DNA of 29,396 nt from a virus (lineage: Duplodnaviria > Caudoviricetes), in IMG/VR virus record IMGVR_UViG_3300020043_004884, positions 1 through 29,396 of that record; one strand, given 5' to 3'. Under the pieces are notes generated by a model. The model was not told where the DNA came from and searched no databases. It saw nothing but the letters and a program-made list of their open reading frames with translations. Shown piece by piece: positions 1 through 7,891 of the stretch. The position numbers were made by a program, and so were the translations under genes. Every line of letters starts with the position of its first letter. Position 1 is the first letter of the stretch.

Positions 1-333
1 GAGTGTGAGGTTTCCGCGAGGATCTGCCAGCCCTTGCCGCAGTCCTGCGACTGAGAAGGCTTGGCAGGGTGTTCCGCCGACGATGAGGTTAGGTCGAAGA
101 GTGTCTGGCCAGTCATTGTGTTTTGTCATGTCGCCCAGGTTGGGGGTTTCCGGCCAGTGATGGGCAAGCACGGCGGAAGGGAACTTCTCGATTTCAGCGA
201 AGGCACAGGCTTTCCATCCGAGCGGTTCCCACGCCACAGACGCGGCCTCAATGCCGCTGCACACAGAAAGAAAAGAAAATGAACAAGGCATCGCATCCGA
301 CGCCGAGGAAGTTGGTTGTTGAATCGGAGTCAT
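1..333 (-). CDS. DNA (cytosine-5) methyltransferase, N-terminal part, runs off the left edge (not in the ORF track)
   Basis: Manual translation from ATG 333: MTPIQQPTSSASDAMPCSFSFLSVCSGIEAASVAWEPLGWKACAFAEIE...NLGDM...IVGGTPCQAFSVAGLRQGLADPRGNLTL. Motif I (SVCSGIEA) and catalytic motif IV (GGTPCQ) are present. The start overlaps the upstream stop as ATGA. Confidence 0.93.
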   Translation of the reverse strand, partial: MTPIQQPTSSASDAMPCSFSFLSVCSGIEAASVAWEPLGWKACAFAEIEKFPSAVLAHHWPETPNLGDMTKHNDWPDTLRPNLIVGGTPCQAFSVAGLRQGLADPRGNLTL

Positions 334-363
334 GCGCGGCGCGGATGGATTTGATCGTTCAAC
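278..363 (+). mobile_element. attC-like recombination site A
   Basis: AATGAAC-AAGGC-ATC[G]CATCCG[A]CGCCG ... CGGCGCGGATGGAT-TTGATC-GTTCAAC. It has an inverse core, a 5/6-nt spacer pair, paired arms with two extrahelical bases, and a GTT core. Confidence 0.85.
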
Positions 364-545
364 TTAACCTCAATCCATTGCGATCTGTTCATCTTCCCGC
401 GCTCCCGATCGATCTTAGCCCATAGGCCAATAGGTAGGGATACGCTGCGGCTGATGCGGTTTCGCTTTCCGCCTAGGCCTGGTTTCCGGCCTGCGCCTTT
501 CCGTGCGCCTCCGTGCTTTTTTATGATGTGGATGGGGTTGGTCAT
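330..545 (-). CDS. Small DNA-binding protein (AT-hook-like GGARKGAGRKP followed by a ribbon-helix-helix-like segment)
   Basis: HGGARKGAGRKP then SVSLPIGLWAKID...NRSQWIE, an RHH-like pattern. Confidence 0.65.
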   Translation of the reverse strand: MTNPIHIIKKHGGARKGAGRKPGLGGKRNRISRSVSLPIGLWAKIDRERGKMNRSQWIEVKLNDQIHPRRA

Positions 546-569
546 GCTGTCTGGTTTGGAGTTGTTGGT

Positions 570-827
570 TCAAGCAAGGTAAACATGCCAGACAAATGCC
601 CCGTCAAGAAAAGTGGCGCAATAATCGCTTCCATCATCGGGGCATTCTTGTCCCGTGCCGATAACGTGGTAAGTCCTTTCCTTGATTTCGCTGTCCGTGT
701 TGACTTCGGCCCAAATGCAAGGTGTTCCGCATGGATCAAGTCCGGCATGACAAGTCCATGAATCGGAAGGCATAAAAAACTTACCGTATCGCTGAACTTG
801 AATCGGGTATTTGTGGATGGTAATCAT
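570..827 (-). CDS. Conserved phage hypothetical protein (probable start ATG 827)
   Basis: IHKYPI...MP...PCIWAEV...GTG...Y..TF...FVWHVY resembles a widespread small phage family. It lies just downstream of promoter P1. Confidence 0.65.
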   Translation of the reverse strand: MITIHKYPIQVQRYGKFFMPSDSWTCHAGLDPCGTPCIWAEVNTDSEIKERTYHVIGTGQECPDDGSDYCATFLDGAFVWHVYLA

Positions 828-849
828 GATTAATTGCTTCGATGCGGGG

Positions 850-890
850 ATCCTACCCATTGGATGATTCAGCGCAACTCTTTTTTTCAA
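850..890 (-). promoter_or_regulatory. Putative promoter P1
   Basis: Minus strand reads TTGAAAAAAAGAG-TTGCGC-N16-TAGGAT, the same layout as P2 and P3. Confidence 0.55.
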
Positions 891-1071
891 GAAAGTTTCC
901 GTTCCATTTCGCGGCGAGTTTTTCGGGCTGGTAATCGTCAATCGCGGCCACGGTCTTTCCCTTCCCGATGCAATGGATGAACGTGCATCCCGGCTCATAC
1001 CGCATGATCGCCTTCGATCCGCACTGGCATCGGGCTAGGGTCTGGTTGATTTGGCTTATTACGTCACTCAT
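853..1071 (-). CDS. Small Cys-rich protein, Lar (restriction alleviation)-like
   Basis: CQCG...HC...AAKWN pattern; ATGA-coupled to the upstream gene. Confidence 0.45.
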   Translation of the reverse strand: MSDVISQINQTLARCQCGSKAIMRYEPGCTFIHCIGKGKTVAAIDDYQPEKLAAKWNGNFLEKKSCAESSNG

Positions 1072-1310
1072 TGCCTGTGACTTGTTATTTTGATCCCGTG
1101 ATGCCATCCGACAACGGTTATTTCCGCGCCAAGTTTTGATCGTAAAAATGTTGCTAAGTCCTCTTGATAGATTTTAGACGGCGCGGCTTTTATGGTTAGG
1201 TGAATTTCCTCAACCATGATCGTCTGTGTGGATCGTATCGTGATTTCGTAAACGTCCCTCAGCCCGCCGTTAGGGCAATCGGCTTGATGCGTGATTTCGT
1301 AAATGTTCAT
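1068..1310 (-). CDS. QueF-like (QueF-L type) T-fold protein
   Basis: CPxxxxxD, then YEITI...VEEI...IYQEDLA...ITVVGWHHGIKI follows the QueF/QueF-L pattern with catalytic Cys and Asp. The QueF NADPH motif ExKShK is absent. The gene is adjacent to queC. Confidence 0.7.
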   Translation of the reverse strand: MNIYEITHQADCPNGGLRDVYEITIRSTQTIMVEEIHLTIKAAPSKIYQEDLATFLRSKLGAEITVVGWHHGIKITSHRQ

Positions 1311-1918
1311 CGGAATAAGTCGGGGTGATTGTGATCGTGGGAAAGGTAGCTCTGAAGCTCTTCAAGGCGCTTGGGGTCGCGGAACCATCCTGTTCCGTCG
1401 CAAGACTCCGCTCCGGCATTTTCTGCCATTAGGAGAAGGCGCAATGAGTTGACTCGCCCAACATGGACACGCGGAAATCTCTCAGTCCATTCCGGCAGTG
1501 ATCGCCATTTCCAGCTTGTAGAGCCGCCGACAAAAACAACTTCCGACTCGGTTGGAACATCAGCGGGAGTCATCCCGTCTTGAACTGCCATTGCCATTCT
1601 TACACCAAACGCCTGCAAGGCCGGGGCGTGGATATCCCAAAGACGAAGAGTTTCGTCGCGGTTTCCGATTGAATCGGGAACAACTACCCAAAGCGGATTC
1701 CATCCTGAGTATCGGTCTAAGAATCGGTAAAGCGGTTCCTCACTCCATTTTTTACCTGTCGAGAACGCCCCGAATACTCCGTTGTCCAATGCCCATGGGA
1801 TGCCTTGAATCGGTTCAGCTAACCTATCAACGGAATGAAGATGCGCAAGTCTTCCTGGGTGTTTGCCGAAAAGGTATCCGGCGTTAAAACCTACGCAGTT
1901 TGACGGCATGACTACCAT
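1307..1918 (-). CDS. TGT-fold guanine transglycosylase-like protein (candidate DpdA-type DNA base-exchange enzyme)
   Basis: WALDNGVF, VVVPDSIG, AVQDG, VFVGGST, HVGRVN and SCDGTGW parallel the TGT/DpdA motifs (DSG, D, QG, GG, H.G, D). It lies between queC and the QueF-like gene. Confidence 0.7.
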   Translation of the reverse strand: MVVMPSNCVGFNAGYLFGKHPGRLAHLHSVDRLAEPIQGIPWALDNGVFGAFSTGKKWSEEPLYRFLDRYSGWNPLWVVVPDSIGNRDETLRLWDIHAPALQAFGVRMAMAVQDGMTPADVPTESEVVFVGGSTSWKWRSLPEWTERFPRVHVGRVNSLRLLLMAENAGAESCDGTGWFRDPKRLEELQSYLSHDHNHPDLFR

Positions 1919-2508
1919 ATTCCCTCCTCTGCTTTGCACGATCCGCATTGTCCGCATGGCTTATCGCCGCCCGCATAACACCACCAGACCATTGATCTTT
2001 TGATTCCGTAAAACTTTGCCTTTTTAGCGATGTCGGCTTTCGTCAAATCCAATAGTGGAGCTTCAACGCGCAGGTCGTATCCGCTCCCTAGTATTGCGTG
2101 GCGCACGTATTCCAGAAATCCGAGTCGGCAGTCGGGAAACAAATCCCGGTCTGTGGCGTTTGCTCCGATGGTGATCTGGTCATTTCCGTTTGCGATTGCG
2201 TAGTTTGCGGCATGGGCGAGGAAAATCAGGTTGCGAGCCGGAACGATAAACGAACCATCGCCCCCAGTTAGCGATGATCCTTGTAGCTTAGGCAGCTTCA
2301 ATACGTGAAGCGGGATTTTCTTTTTCCAGCAATGCCATTGCGCTTTGTCAAATTCCTTGGAGTGCGTTTGGCCGTAATCGTAGAACAAAGCTGCGGCTGG
2401 TCGCATCTCGTAAAGAAGGACGGTTGAGTCGAGTCCTCCTGAGTAAAGCAAGAGGGGGGATTTTGCGGGTTTTCTTCGGCAATTTGCCAGCATGTCTGGT
2501 TCGTTCAT
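1912..2508 (-). CDS. queC: 7-cyano-7-deazaguanine synthase
   Basis: SGGLDS PP-loop, YGQTHSKE, VPARNLIFL, FPDCR, and the C-terminal Zn site CY...PCGQCGSC. Confidence 0.92.
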   Translation of the reverse strand: MNEPDMLANCRRKPAKSPLLLYSGGLDSTVLLYEMRPAAALFYDYGQTHSKEFDKAQWHCWKKKIPLHVLKLPKLQGSSLTGGDGSFIVPARNLIFLAHAANYAIANGNDQITIGANATDRDLFPDCRLGFLEYVRHAILGSGYDLRVEAPLLDLTKADIAKKAKFYGIKRSMVWWCYAGGDKPCGQCGSCKAEEGIW

Positions 2509-2551
2509 ATTTTTGTGGTCTGGTTTATGGCTGGGATGGGGTCGGTCATGG

Positions 2552-3934
2552 TTAGAAATTCACGGGCTTTTTGCAGTTGGTTTGGGGCTGTTCCGGTGGT
2601 TCGCCTTTAACGAATCGGACATGCTCCCTGTCGAGAATCAGTGGCAGTCTTTCCCCGCCGCGTGAGTTGTGCCGATCCTTGGTGATGAGGATGTCGATAT
2701 GCTGCTTGTAGGCGTCGCTCTTCTTGTCCTGATCCTGCCGTATGCTTATCGTCCAATCCGAATCCTCCTCGATTGCGCGGGCGTGTTTCGTTTCCCCTTC
2801 GCTGTTCTCCTGGGACATGATGGCGATGAAAATCCCAAGCTCGGCGGCTAGTTCTTGGATTGAGTTGGAAATGCCCATGATTTCCTGCTCCTTGCTCAAT
2901 CCCCGCTCGCCGCGAATGAGTTGGACGTAATCCAAAAACGCCACCTTTATCCCGTGCTTGCGGTGTGCTCGGCGGATCGCTGACAGGATGGTTGCGATCT
3001 GGCGATTAGCGGGCGGGTCGAAGTGGAATCCGCCAGAAACGATCTTGCGTAAAGCCTTGGCGATGTCCTCCTTTTCTTGATTCGTGATCTTTGCGCGGCC
3101 TTGCATCTGAGCGTATTCCAGCGGCGATGTGATGGCGGCGGATGGAAGGCGGGAAAGCTGGATGATGCATCGGGAATAAGCCGCGTCAACCGTCCCCTCC
3201 AATGGCAGGTAAATCGCCGGCGTTTCCGGTGAAGCTACTCCGCACATGATTTGCGTGGCGAGGGTTGACTTACCGCCGGATGATCGGGCGGAAATCACGC
3301 CTACCATGCCTGGGTGAAGTCCACGAAGCGCGTTGTCGATTTCCCATATGCCCGTCTTGATGCCCATCGGCAGCTTTTCTCCCCGCATCAGCTTTTCGTA
3401 ATTCTCCCACCATATCCGGCCAAGCTCTTTAGCGTCCGGCGCGGGCTTGCTTCCGGTGATGAGGTCGTGAAGCGCGGTAATCGGCGCGGATGTGGCCTCG
3501 ATCAGTTCCGATGGTTCCGGGGCTTCGTAGGCGATGGCGACGATATCATTCGCCAGTCGTATCGCCATCCGGCACGCGTATTTTTTCCGCAACTCTTCAA
3601 GGTGGTGATGGAAATGGCTTGGGACATGGAAGTAGCCGTAAATCTCGGTAACGTATCCCGCCCCTCCGCACGCTTCCAGCTTGCCGCAGTCTAAAAGCAT
3701 CTGAACAAATCCGATATAGTCAAACTCCCTGCCTGATTCCGCCCATTCGGTCATTTTGGCGTATATGAGGCTGTTTGACGGCAGGTAGAACCATTCCGGT
3801 GATAAGTCCCCGCGTTCGTGCCAAAGCTCCGGGAATTGCATCAGCACGCTTAATACGGCCTTTTCCGGCTGGACTGCGTGCGGGAGTGCGCGGGTTACAT
3901 CGCCTTCCGCCCATTTGGAGGTTTCAAAGCTCAT
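2552..3934 (-). CDS. dnaB: Replicative DNA helicase
   Basis: N-terminal LPH...EKAVL, TGIWEID...GLHPG, Walker A ARSSGGKST, FLDYVQL, MSQ, IEEDSD, KDRH. Confidence 0.9.
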   Translation of the reverse strand: MSFETSKWAEGDVTRALPHAVQPEKAVLSVLMQFPELWHERGDLSPEWFYLPSNSLIYAKMTEWAESGREFDYIGFVQMLLDCGKLEACGGAGYVTEIYGYFHVPSHFHHHLEELRKKYACRMAIRLANDIVAIAYEAPEPSELIEATSAPITALHDLITGSKPAPDAKELGRIWWENYEKLMRGEKLPMGIKTGIWEIDNALRGLHPGMVGVISARSSGGKSTLATQIMCGVASPETPAIYLPLEGTVDAAYSRCIIQLSRLPSAAITSPLEYAQMQGRAKITNQEKEDIAKALRKIVSGGFHFDPPANRQIATILSAIRRAHRKHGIKVAFLDYVQLIRGERGLSKEQEIMGISNSIQELAAELGIFIAIMSQENSEGETKHARAIEEDSDWTISIRQDQDKKSDAYKQHIDILITKDRHNSRGGERLPLILDREHVRFVKGEPPEQPQTNCKKPVNF

Positions 3935-4551
3935 TGCGGCTTGCGATACGAATCCCAGTTAAATTCCACGGTTACGCCGTTGCCCCGTATGCGGTCGATT
4001 ACGGACGTATTGAGCGATGCGGCTAGTTGATGCTTGCTTAGGTTGGCAATTAGGATCGTCGGCTTACCCTCGGCGTATCGTGCATCAATCAGGTGAGTTA
4101 GCAGGCGGTTTTCCCAGTCGCTTTCGGATCGCTCTTGCATCTCGTCAATCACAAGCAAATCCGTTTTGGCAAGGTCGTCAATTATGTCCATTTCGGAAAC
4201 GTCCCGATTTGAGAACGTGGCGCGGATTTCGAGAAAGAATCGCATTGCTGTGCGGTAGCGGGATGATCCGTTGCGGATGGCAAACTCTGCGGCGAGCCTG
4301 GTCTTGCCGTTTCCGCGCTGTCCGCAAAGGAGAATGATCCCGCCCGTGTTGACCTTATCTTGTGCTTTGCGGGCCGCTGATAGCCATTCCTCGCCCGTTG
4401 GTGGGGCGGATAGGACTCGATCCACCCAAGCGGAAGGCCATCCGGTTTTTACGCCTAGTGCGTTGGCAATGAGGGTTTCGTTTTTGCGCTCGTAATCCGG
4501 CTCCGTGGCTTCGTATAGGTGCGGGTGCGTGTATTTGGTTTCTTGGCTCAT
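3931..4551 (-). CDS. DnaC/IstB-like AAA+ helicase loader
   Basis: Walker A GQRGNGKT, Walker B LLVIDE, IDARY...PTILIAN, DRIR, FNWDSYR. It lies between the initiator and dnaB. Confidence 0.88.
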   Translation of the reverse strand: MSQETKYTHPHLYEATEPDYERKNETLIANALGVKTGWPSAWVDRVLSAPPTGEEWLSAARKAQDKVNTGGIILLCGQRGNGKTRLAAEFAIRNGSSRYRTAMRFFLEIRATFSNRDVSEMDIIDDLAKTDLLVIDEMQERSESDWENRLLTHLIDARYAEGKPTILIANLSKHQLAASLNTSVIDRIRGNGVTVEFNWDSYRKPQ

Positions 4552-5264
4552 GGCATTGTGTCGATTAGGTGTTGGCGTTCGTTAAATGGGTCGCGGTGGA
4601 TGGCTAGCTGTTTTTGGGCGGGTTGGGTGGATTGAGGTGGTGGGAAAAAAGATTGCCAGTTTTTTTCGATAGCATACTCAATCCATTCGATGGCTGTATT
4701 TTCTCCAAGCGATTTAAGCTTCTTGAGTTGCATCTTGATGGATTGATCCGTGAGGGGCTTCTTGAGTTGTTTTCGATGTAATTCCCAGTCAGTCCAGCTT
4801 TCCTTGAATTTATCTGAATCAAACGGCAAATCTATCCTTATTGGGAGAACCTTAATGGGAGTATCCTTAATGGGAGAACCTTTGTGTTCCACTTTCGGCA
4901 CGGGTGGTGTGCCACTTGTGGAACGGGTGGTGTTCCGTTTTCGGCACGGGTGGTGTTCCGTTTTCGGGTCAGGTTGTGAATTAGCCTGTTCCACTTTCGG
5001 CACGGGTAGGTGTGCCACTTGTGGAACGGGTGAGGTAATATAAACACTCGTTTGGCCTTGCCGCGAAACCTTGGAAATCATCCCTTTTTCCTGTAATGAT
5101 GCGAGGGATTTAAACATTCGTTTCCTGTCCATCTTGCAGATTTTCGCCGCTTCCTTGGCCGATCCGTAAAGCTCTCCCCTGCGGTAAATATGGCACATCA
5201 CCCGAAAGGCATAGGGGTCAAGTTCTGCATCGTCTAGCCATGCGGGGATGAATGCGGTTTTCAT
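4548..5264 (-). CDS. Phage replication initiator (replisome organiser)
   Basis: N-terminal winged-HTH-like region, a central repeat linker, and a C-terminal W..W..HRKQLKKPLT...AIEKNWQS domain. It sits upstream of the loader and helicase. Confidence 0.8.
   Translation of the reverse strand: MKTAFIPAWLDDAELDPYAFRVMCHIYRRGELYGSAKEAAKICKMDRKRMFKSLASLQEKGMISKVSRQGQTSVYITSPVPQVAHLPVPKVEQANSQPDPKTEHHPCRKRNTTRSTSGTPPVPKVEHKGSPIKDTPIKVLPIRIDLPFDSDKFKESWTDWELHRKQLKKPLTDQSIKMQLKKLKSLGENTAIEWIEYAIEKNWQSFFPPPQSTQPAQKQLAIHRDPFNERQHLIDTMP
4836..5031. repeat. Iteron-like repeats (probable replication origin) inside the initiator gene
   Basis: Six ~22-bp copies of GTGTKCCRYTTKYGGMACGGGT starting at 4884, 4907, 4930, 4953, 4986 and 5010, plus three 15-bp-period CCTTAWTGGGAG units at 4836-4880. 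Confidence 0.8.
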
Positions 5265-5271
5265 AGGGTTA

Positions 5272-5395
5272 ACAAAAAGCCCCCATACCTGCCCACCTGT
5301 GCAACCCCGGAATGAAAAACGGGCAGGTGAGCGGATATGGAGGCTGTTTGGTTTGGTTTCATTCTATTCGATCCGGTTGCAGCGGAGTCTTGCGA
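5272..5395 (-). ncRNA. C4/CI-like antisense-attenuator leader RNA upstream of the initiator gene
   Basis: A long stem (5278-5345) followed by a U tract. Its loop UUUUUCAUUC and bulge GUUGCA are complementary to the upstream leader segments GAAUGAAA (5357-5364) and UGCAACC (5375-5381). Confidence 0.6.
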
Positions 5396-5403
5396 CAGGG
5401 GTT

Positions 5404-5431
5404 TTATTACATCTCGGCGTTACAAAGTCAA
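5404..5431 (-). promoter_or_regulatory. Putative sigma70-type promoter for the replication operon
   Basis: TTGACT-N16-TAATAA immediately before the structured leader. Confidence 0.55.
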
Positions 5432-5682
5432 CCCAACTTATTCGATGTTTCGCGCAAGGGGTTATCTGATTCAATTCTAAAAAACCGATTCCAGTATTCA
5501 ACCCGCTCATCATGATTCATTGCTTCCACTTCGGCGGTTATTTCTGATAGCCGATTCATCAGCGTTTGACGGTATGACAAAAGAACGGATTTGGATGTCC
5601 CCAATCCCTTTTGAAGTCCGGTGCGATAGCCTTTGCTGTATCCCGTGGCATGTCCTTGTTGGTATTCTTGCGTATGTTTCAT
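5428..5682 (-). CDS. Hypothetical protein (GxxxG repeat at N-terminus)
   Basis: ATGA-coupled ORF containing YQQGHATGYSKGYRTG. Confidence 0.55.
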   Translation of the reverse strand: MKHTQEYQQGHATGYSKGYRTGLQKGLGTSKSVLLSYRQTLMNRLSEITAEVEAMNHDERVEYWNRFFRIESDNPLRETSNKLG

Positions 5683-5885
5683 ATATCCAGCTTGCTGCTA
5701 GTTTCCTTCGCGGGTTTTCTGCTATCGCTCATGCGGGTGATAATATCCTCGGCCAGGTCGAGCTTGCGGATGGCTTCGTCGCGCTCGCGTTCAAGTTTGC
5801 GGGCGTGTTCGATCGGGACAACTCCAGTCCATCCCATTTCGGGATTATAAAGACCATCCGTTTCCGGCGTGTCTGATTGGTTCAT
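5679..5885 (-). CDS. Phage hypothetical protein (SDTPETD...ARKLERE type)
   Basis: Common phage N-terminal motif followed by a coiled coil; related to 11598-11846. Confidence 0.65.
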   Translation of the reverse strand: MNQSDTPETDGLYNPEMGWTGVVPIEHARKLERERDEAIRKLDLAEDIITRMSDSRKPAKETSSKLDI

Positions 5886-5902
5886 GGTGTTGGTTGGTTA
5901 GA

Positions 5903-6220
5903 TCAGAAAGGCAATGGATCGCAATCATCATCCTGCCACCCCGCCTTAGTGTCCGCTGTCCCGCCCGCTGCCGTGCGCTTATCGTTGGATGAATGCGCGG
6001 TGGTCTTGATCTCGACATGTTTCCAGTTGCCGATGATCGCGCCCTTCTCGCCCGCATCACGCCTTTCCTTGCCGATGTCCTGAATGATAAAACCGTCGTT
6101 ATCATATTGATCGCGGCCATCCCGATTATCCATCAAGGTGAGATCAAGATACGTGCCTTTTGCGCCTTTGAATAGCGCGGTTTTATCAATCTTGGTTACG
6201 TCTATTTTTAGTCTTTGCAT
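5903..6220 (-). CDS. Putative single-stranded DNA-binding protein
   Basis: Beta-rich core (IDVTKIDK...GTYLDLTL...IIGN), a linker, and an SSB-like acidic tail DDDCDPLPF. Confidence 0.6.
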   Translation of the reverse strand: MQRLKIDVTKIDKTALFKGAKGTYLDLTLMDNRDGRDQYDNDGFIIQDIGKERRDAGEKGAIIGNWKHVEIKTTAHSSNDKRTAAGGTADTKAGWQDDDCDPLPF

Positions 6221-6282
6221 GTTATTGGTTGGTGAGTTGTCCCCGTTCGGCCTGCATCGCGGTGATTAGTTGCATGATGGTT

Positions 6283-6759
6283 TCAAAAGGTTTTTTCCGG
6301 ATGAACTTCCCAGTTTTGGATAGCTGACTTCATTGCGAGAGATAGGGCTTTGTATTCCCGTTGTCCGAATATTTCAACGATTTCGGAGGGGTAATATTTT
6401 GCCATGCGTTTTAGTTTGGTTTCAGAGGTAGCGTCCATATATCCCTTTACCTCGATGTATTTATGAGATCCGTCGTTAGCAAATACCTTAAAGTCAGGGG
6501 TGTAGCTTCTTGTTCCACGTTTTATATTGAGGAAGTAGAAAGTATCCACTTCGTATTCCCACCGGGATATTTTGCCGTTTGATTGTAGAAAATTTAGGTA
6601 TCTGGCGTAGTTAGCCTCCCATCGTGAACGGAAATATCTATTTTCCAAATCCGCCCTTTTGCCACCGACGGATCTAGTTTTAATGCCGCGACTCTGATCT
6701 TTTAGACGATGAATTGAGGAGCAGCTAGCGTCGCAGAATTTGGCTTCTCCTGGATTCAT
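6283..6759 (-). CDS. PD-(D/E)xK endonuclease (DUF1064-like / resolvase-like)
   Basis: FRSRWEANYARYL...WEYE...YTPDF...IEVKG; locally AT-rich. Confidence 0.75.
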   Translation of the reverse strand: MNPGEAKFCDASCSSIHRLKDQSRGIKTRSVGGKRADLENRYFRSRWEANYARYLNFLQSNGKISRWEYEVDTFYFLNIKRGTRSYTPDFKVFANDGSHKYIEVKGYMDATSETKLKRMAKYYPSEIVEIFGQREYKALSLAMKSAIQNWEVHPEKTF

Positions 6760-7616
6760 CCTTCCCCCCCTTCGCCGTATCCCCACTCAGGAATATCAAG
6801 CTCCACCTCGCCATCCCACATTGAAGGCCATTCGTTGTGCTCCAGGCACTCAGCAAACCGCTTTACGCCCGTTCGGTATATGTCCGCGCCGTAGAGGATT
6901 GCCCGCAGCGGTAGCTCGATTACGGCCACTCGGAAGGGAGGCTTGGATGTTACGAATATGAACTTGAACTTGGTTCGCTCTTGGCCGGATGCGATGGAAT
7001 AACCTTCGCAGTATGCTCCTGCCTGAATATGATAGCCCCAATCGCAGATGTAATTTGCCAACTTGCGGCGGGATTCAAGCGCGGACGGATCGCACGTTTT
7101 CAGATCAACGATGGTTTCGCCGTCGTCGGGCAGGATGTCGATAAGCCCTTTTGATCCGAACGGATATTTCGTGGCATGGCGGAAAGCGACTTGGAGTTGT
7201 GCATTTCTCCTCAATGCCTTCGCTTCCGGCTTGGCGTAAATCGCGTTCATCTGCGCTTGTGCGGTGTCAAAGTCGGCTTGCTTCAATACAACCTTGCCCG
7301 ATTCCTCCATTTCCGTTCGCCATGCTTTTGACTCGTTGCTTCGGAAATCATCGAAAATAGACATAGCATATCGGTCATGGAACGTATGAGACTCGGTCAG
7401 CAGGCAATCCAGAACGCTCCCGGCTTTCATCGCTCCGGTTGCTTCCTTCCGGATCGATGCCTTCCATGCTGCGGGGTCTTCGATAAAATCGCAGATCAGC
7501 GACTTGGAAACGGACTTGCCAGCAACGGTTTCCCATGTGTCGCGCTGTGTGATGTCGTCGGCGCGGTAGTCGGCAAACGGAACTCCGTGGTGTATTCCTG
7601 GGGATGGCCAGTTCAT
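6756..7616 (-). CDS. RecE/exonuclease VIII-like PD-(D/E)xK nuclease (DUF3799 type)
   Basis: SVSKS, AMKAGS, KGLID...IVDLKT, YHIQAGAY, FIFVTSKPPF, W...IPEW. Confidence 0.85.
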   Translation of the reverse strand: MNWPSPGIHHGVPFADYRADDITQRDTWETVAGKSVSKSLICDFIEDPAAWKASIRKEATGAMKAGSVLDCLLTESHTFHDRYAMSIFDDFRSNESKAWRTEMEESGKVVLKQADFDTAQAQMNAIYAKPEAKALRRNAQLQVAFRHATKYPFGSKGLIDILPDDGETIVDLKTCDPSALESRRKLANYICDWGYHIQAGAYCEGYSIASGQERTKFKFIFVTSKPPFRVAVIELPLRAILYGADIYRTGVKRFAECLEHNEWPSMWDGEVELDIPEWGYGEGGEG

Positions 7617-7891
7617 TGTGTTGCTCCTTTCGTGCGGGCGGTGATCATGATGTTGGCAATTCTGGCAGCGTGTTCGGCGACATCTCCGATGGTTTGCTCG
7701 TTGGCTTGGAATAGTCGATATCCTGGGTTTGCAAGTAGTCCCTGCAATGCCATCCCCGCGAACCAGTCGCGCAAGGACATGCCGTTTCCGCCTTCAAAGA
7801 ACTCAGCGGCAGTCATTGGCATTCCGTCAGCTTGGCGCGTGAACATAGGCACGGGAAACGCAGGCTCGTTGTTTTTGAATCCAACATTCAC
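7613..7891 (-). CDS. Conserved phage hypothetical protein
   Basis: PAFP...GMSLRDWFAGMALQGLLAN...A..MITAR family pattern. Confidence 0.75.
   Translation of the reverse strand: MNVGFKNNEPAFPVPMFTRQADGMPMTAAEFFEGGNGMSLRDWFAGMALQGLLANPGYRLFQANEQTIGDVAEHAARIANIMITARTKGATQ

Noticed and set aside
61-425. Plus-strand ORFs 61-282 and 123-425
   Set aside because: They are antisense shadows of the methyltransferase gene.
4884-5031. Repeats as a mini-CRISPR
   Set aside because: The units are nearly contiguous with no unique spacers and lie inside the initiator gene, so iterons fit better.
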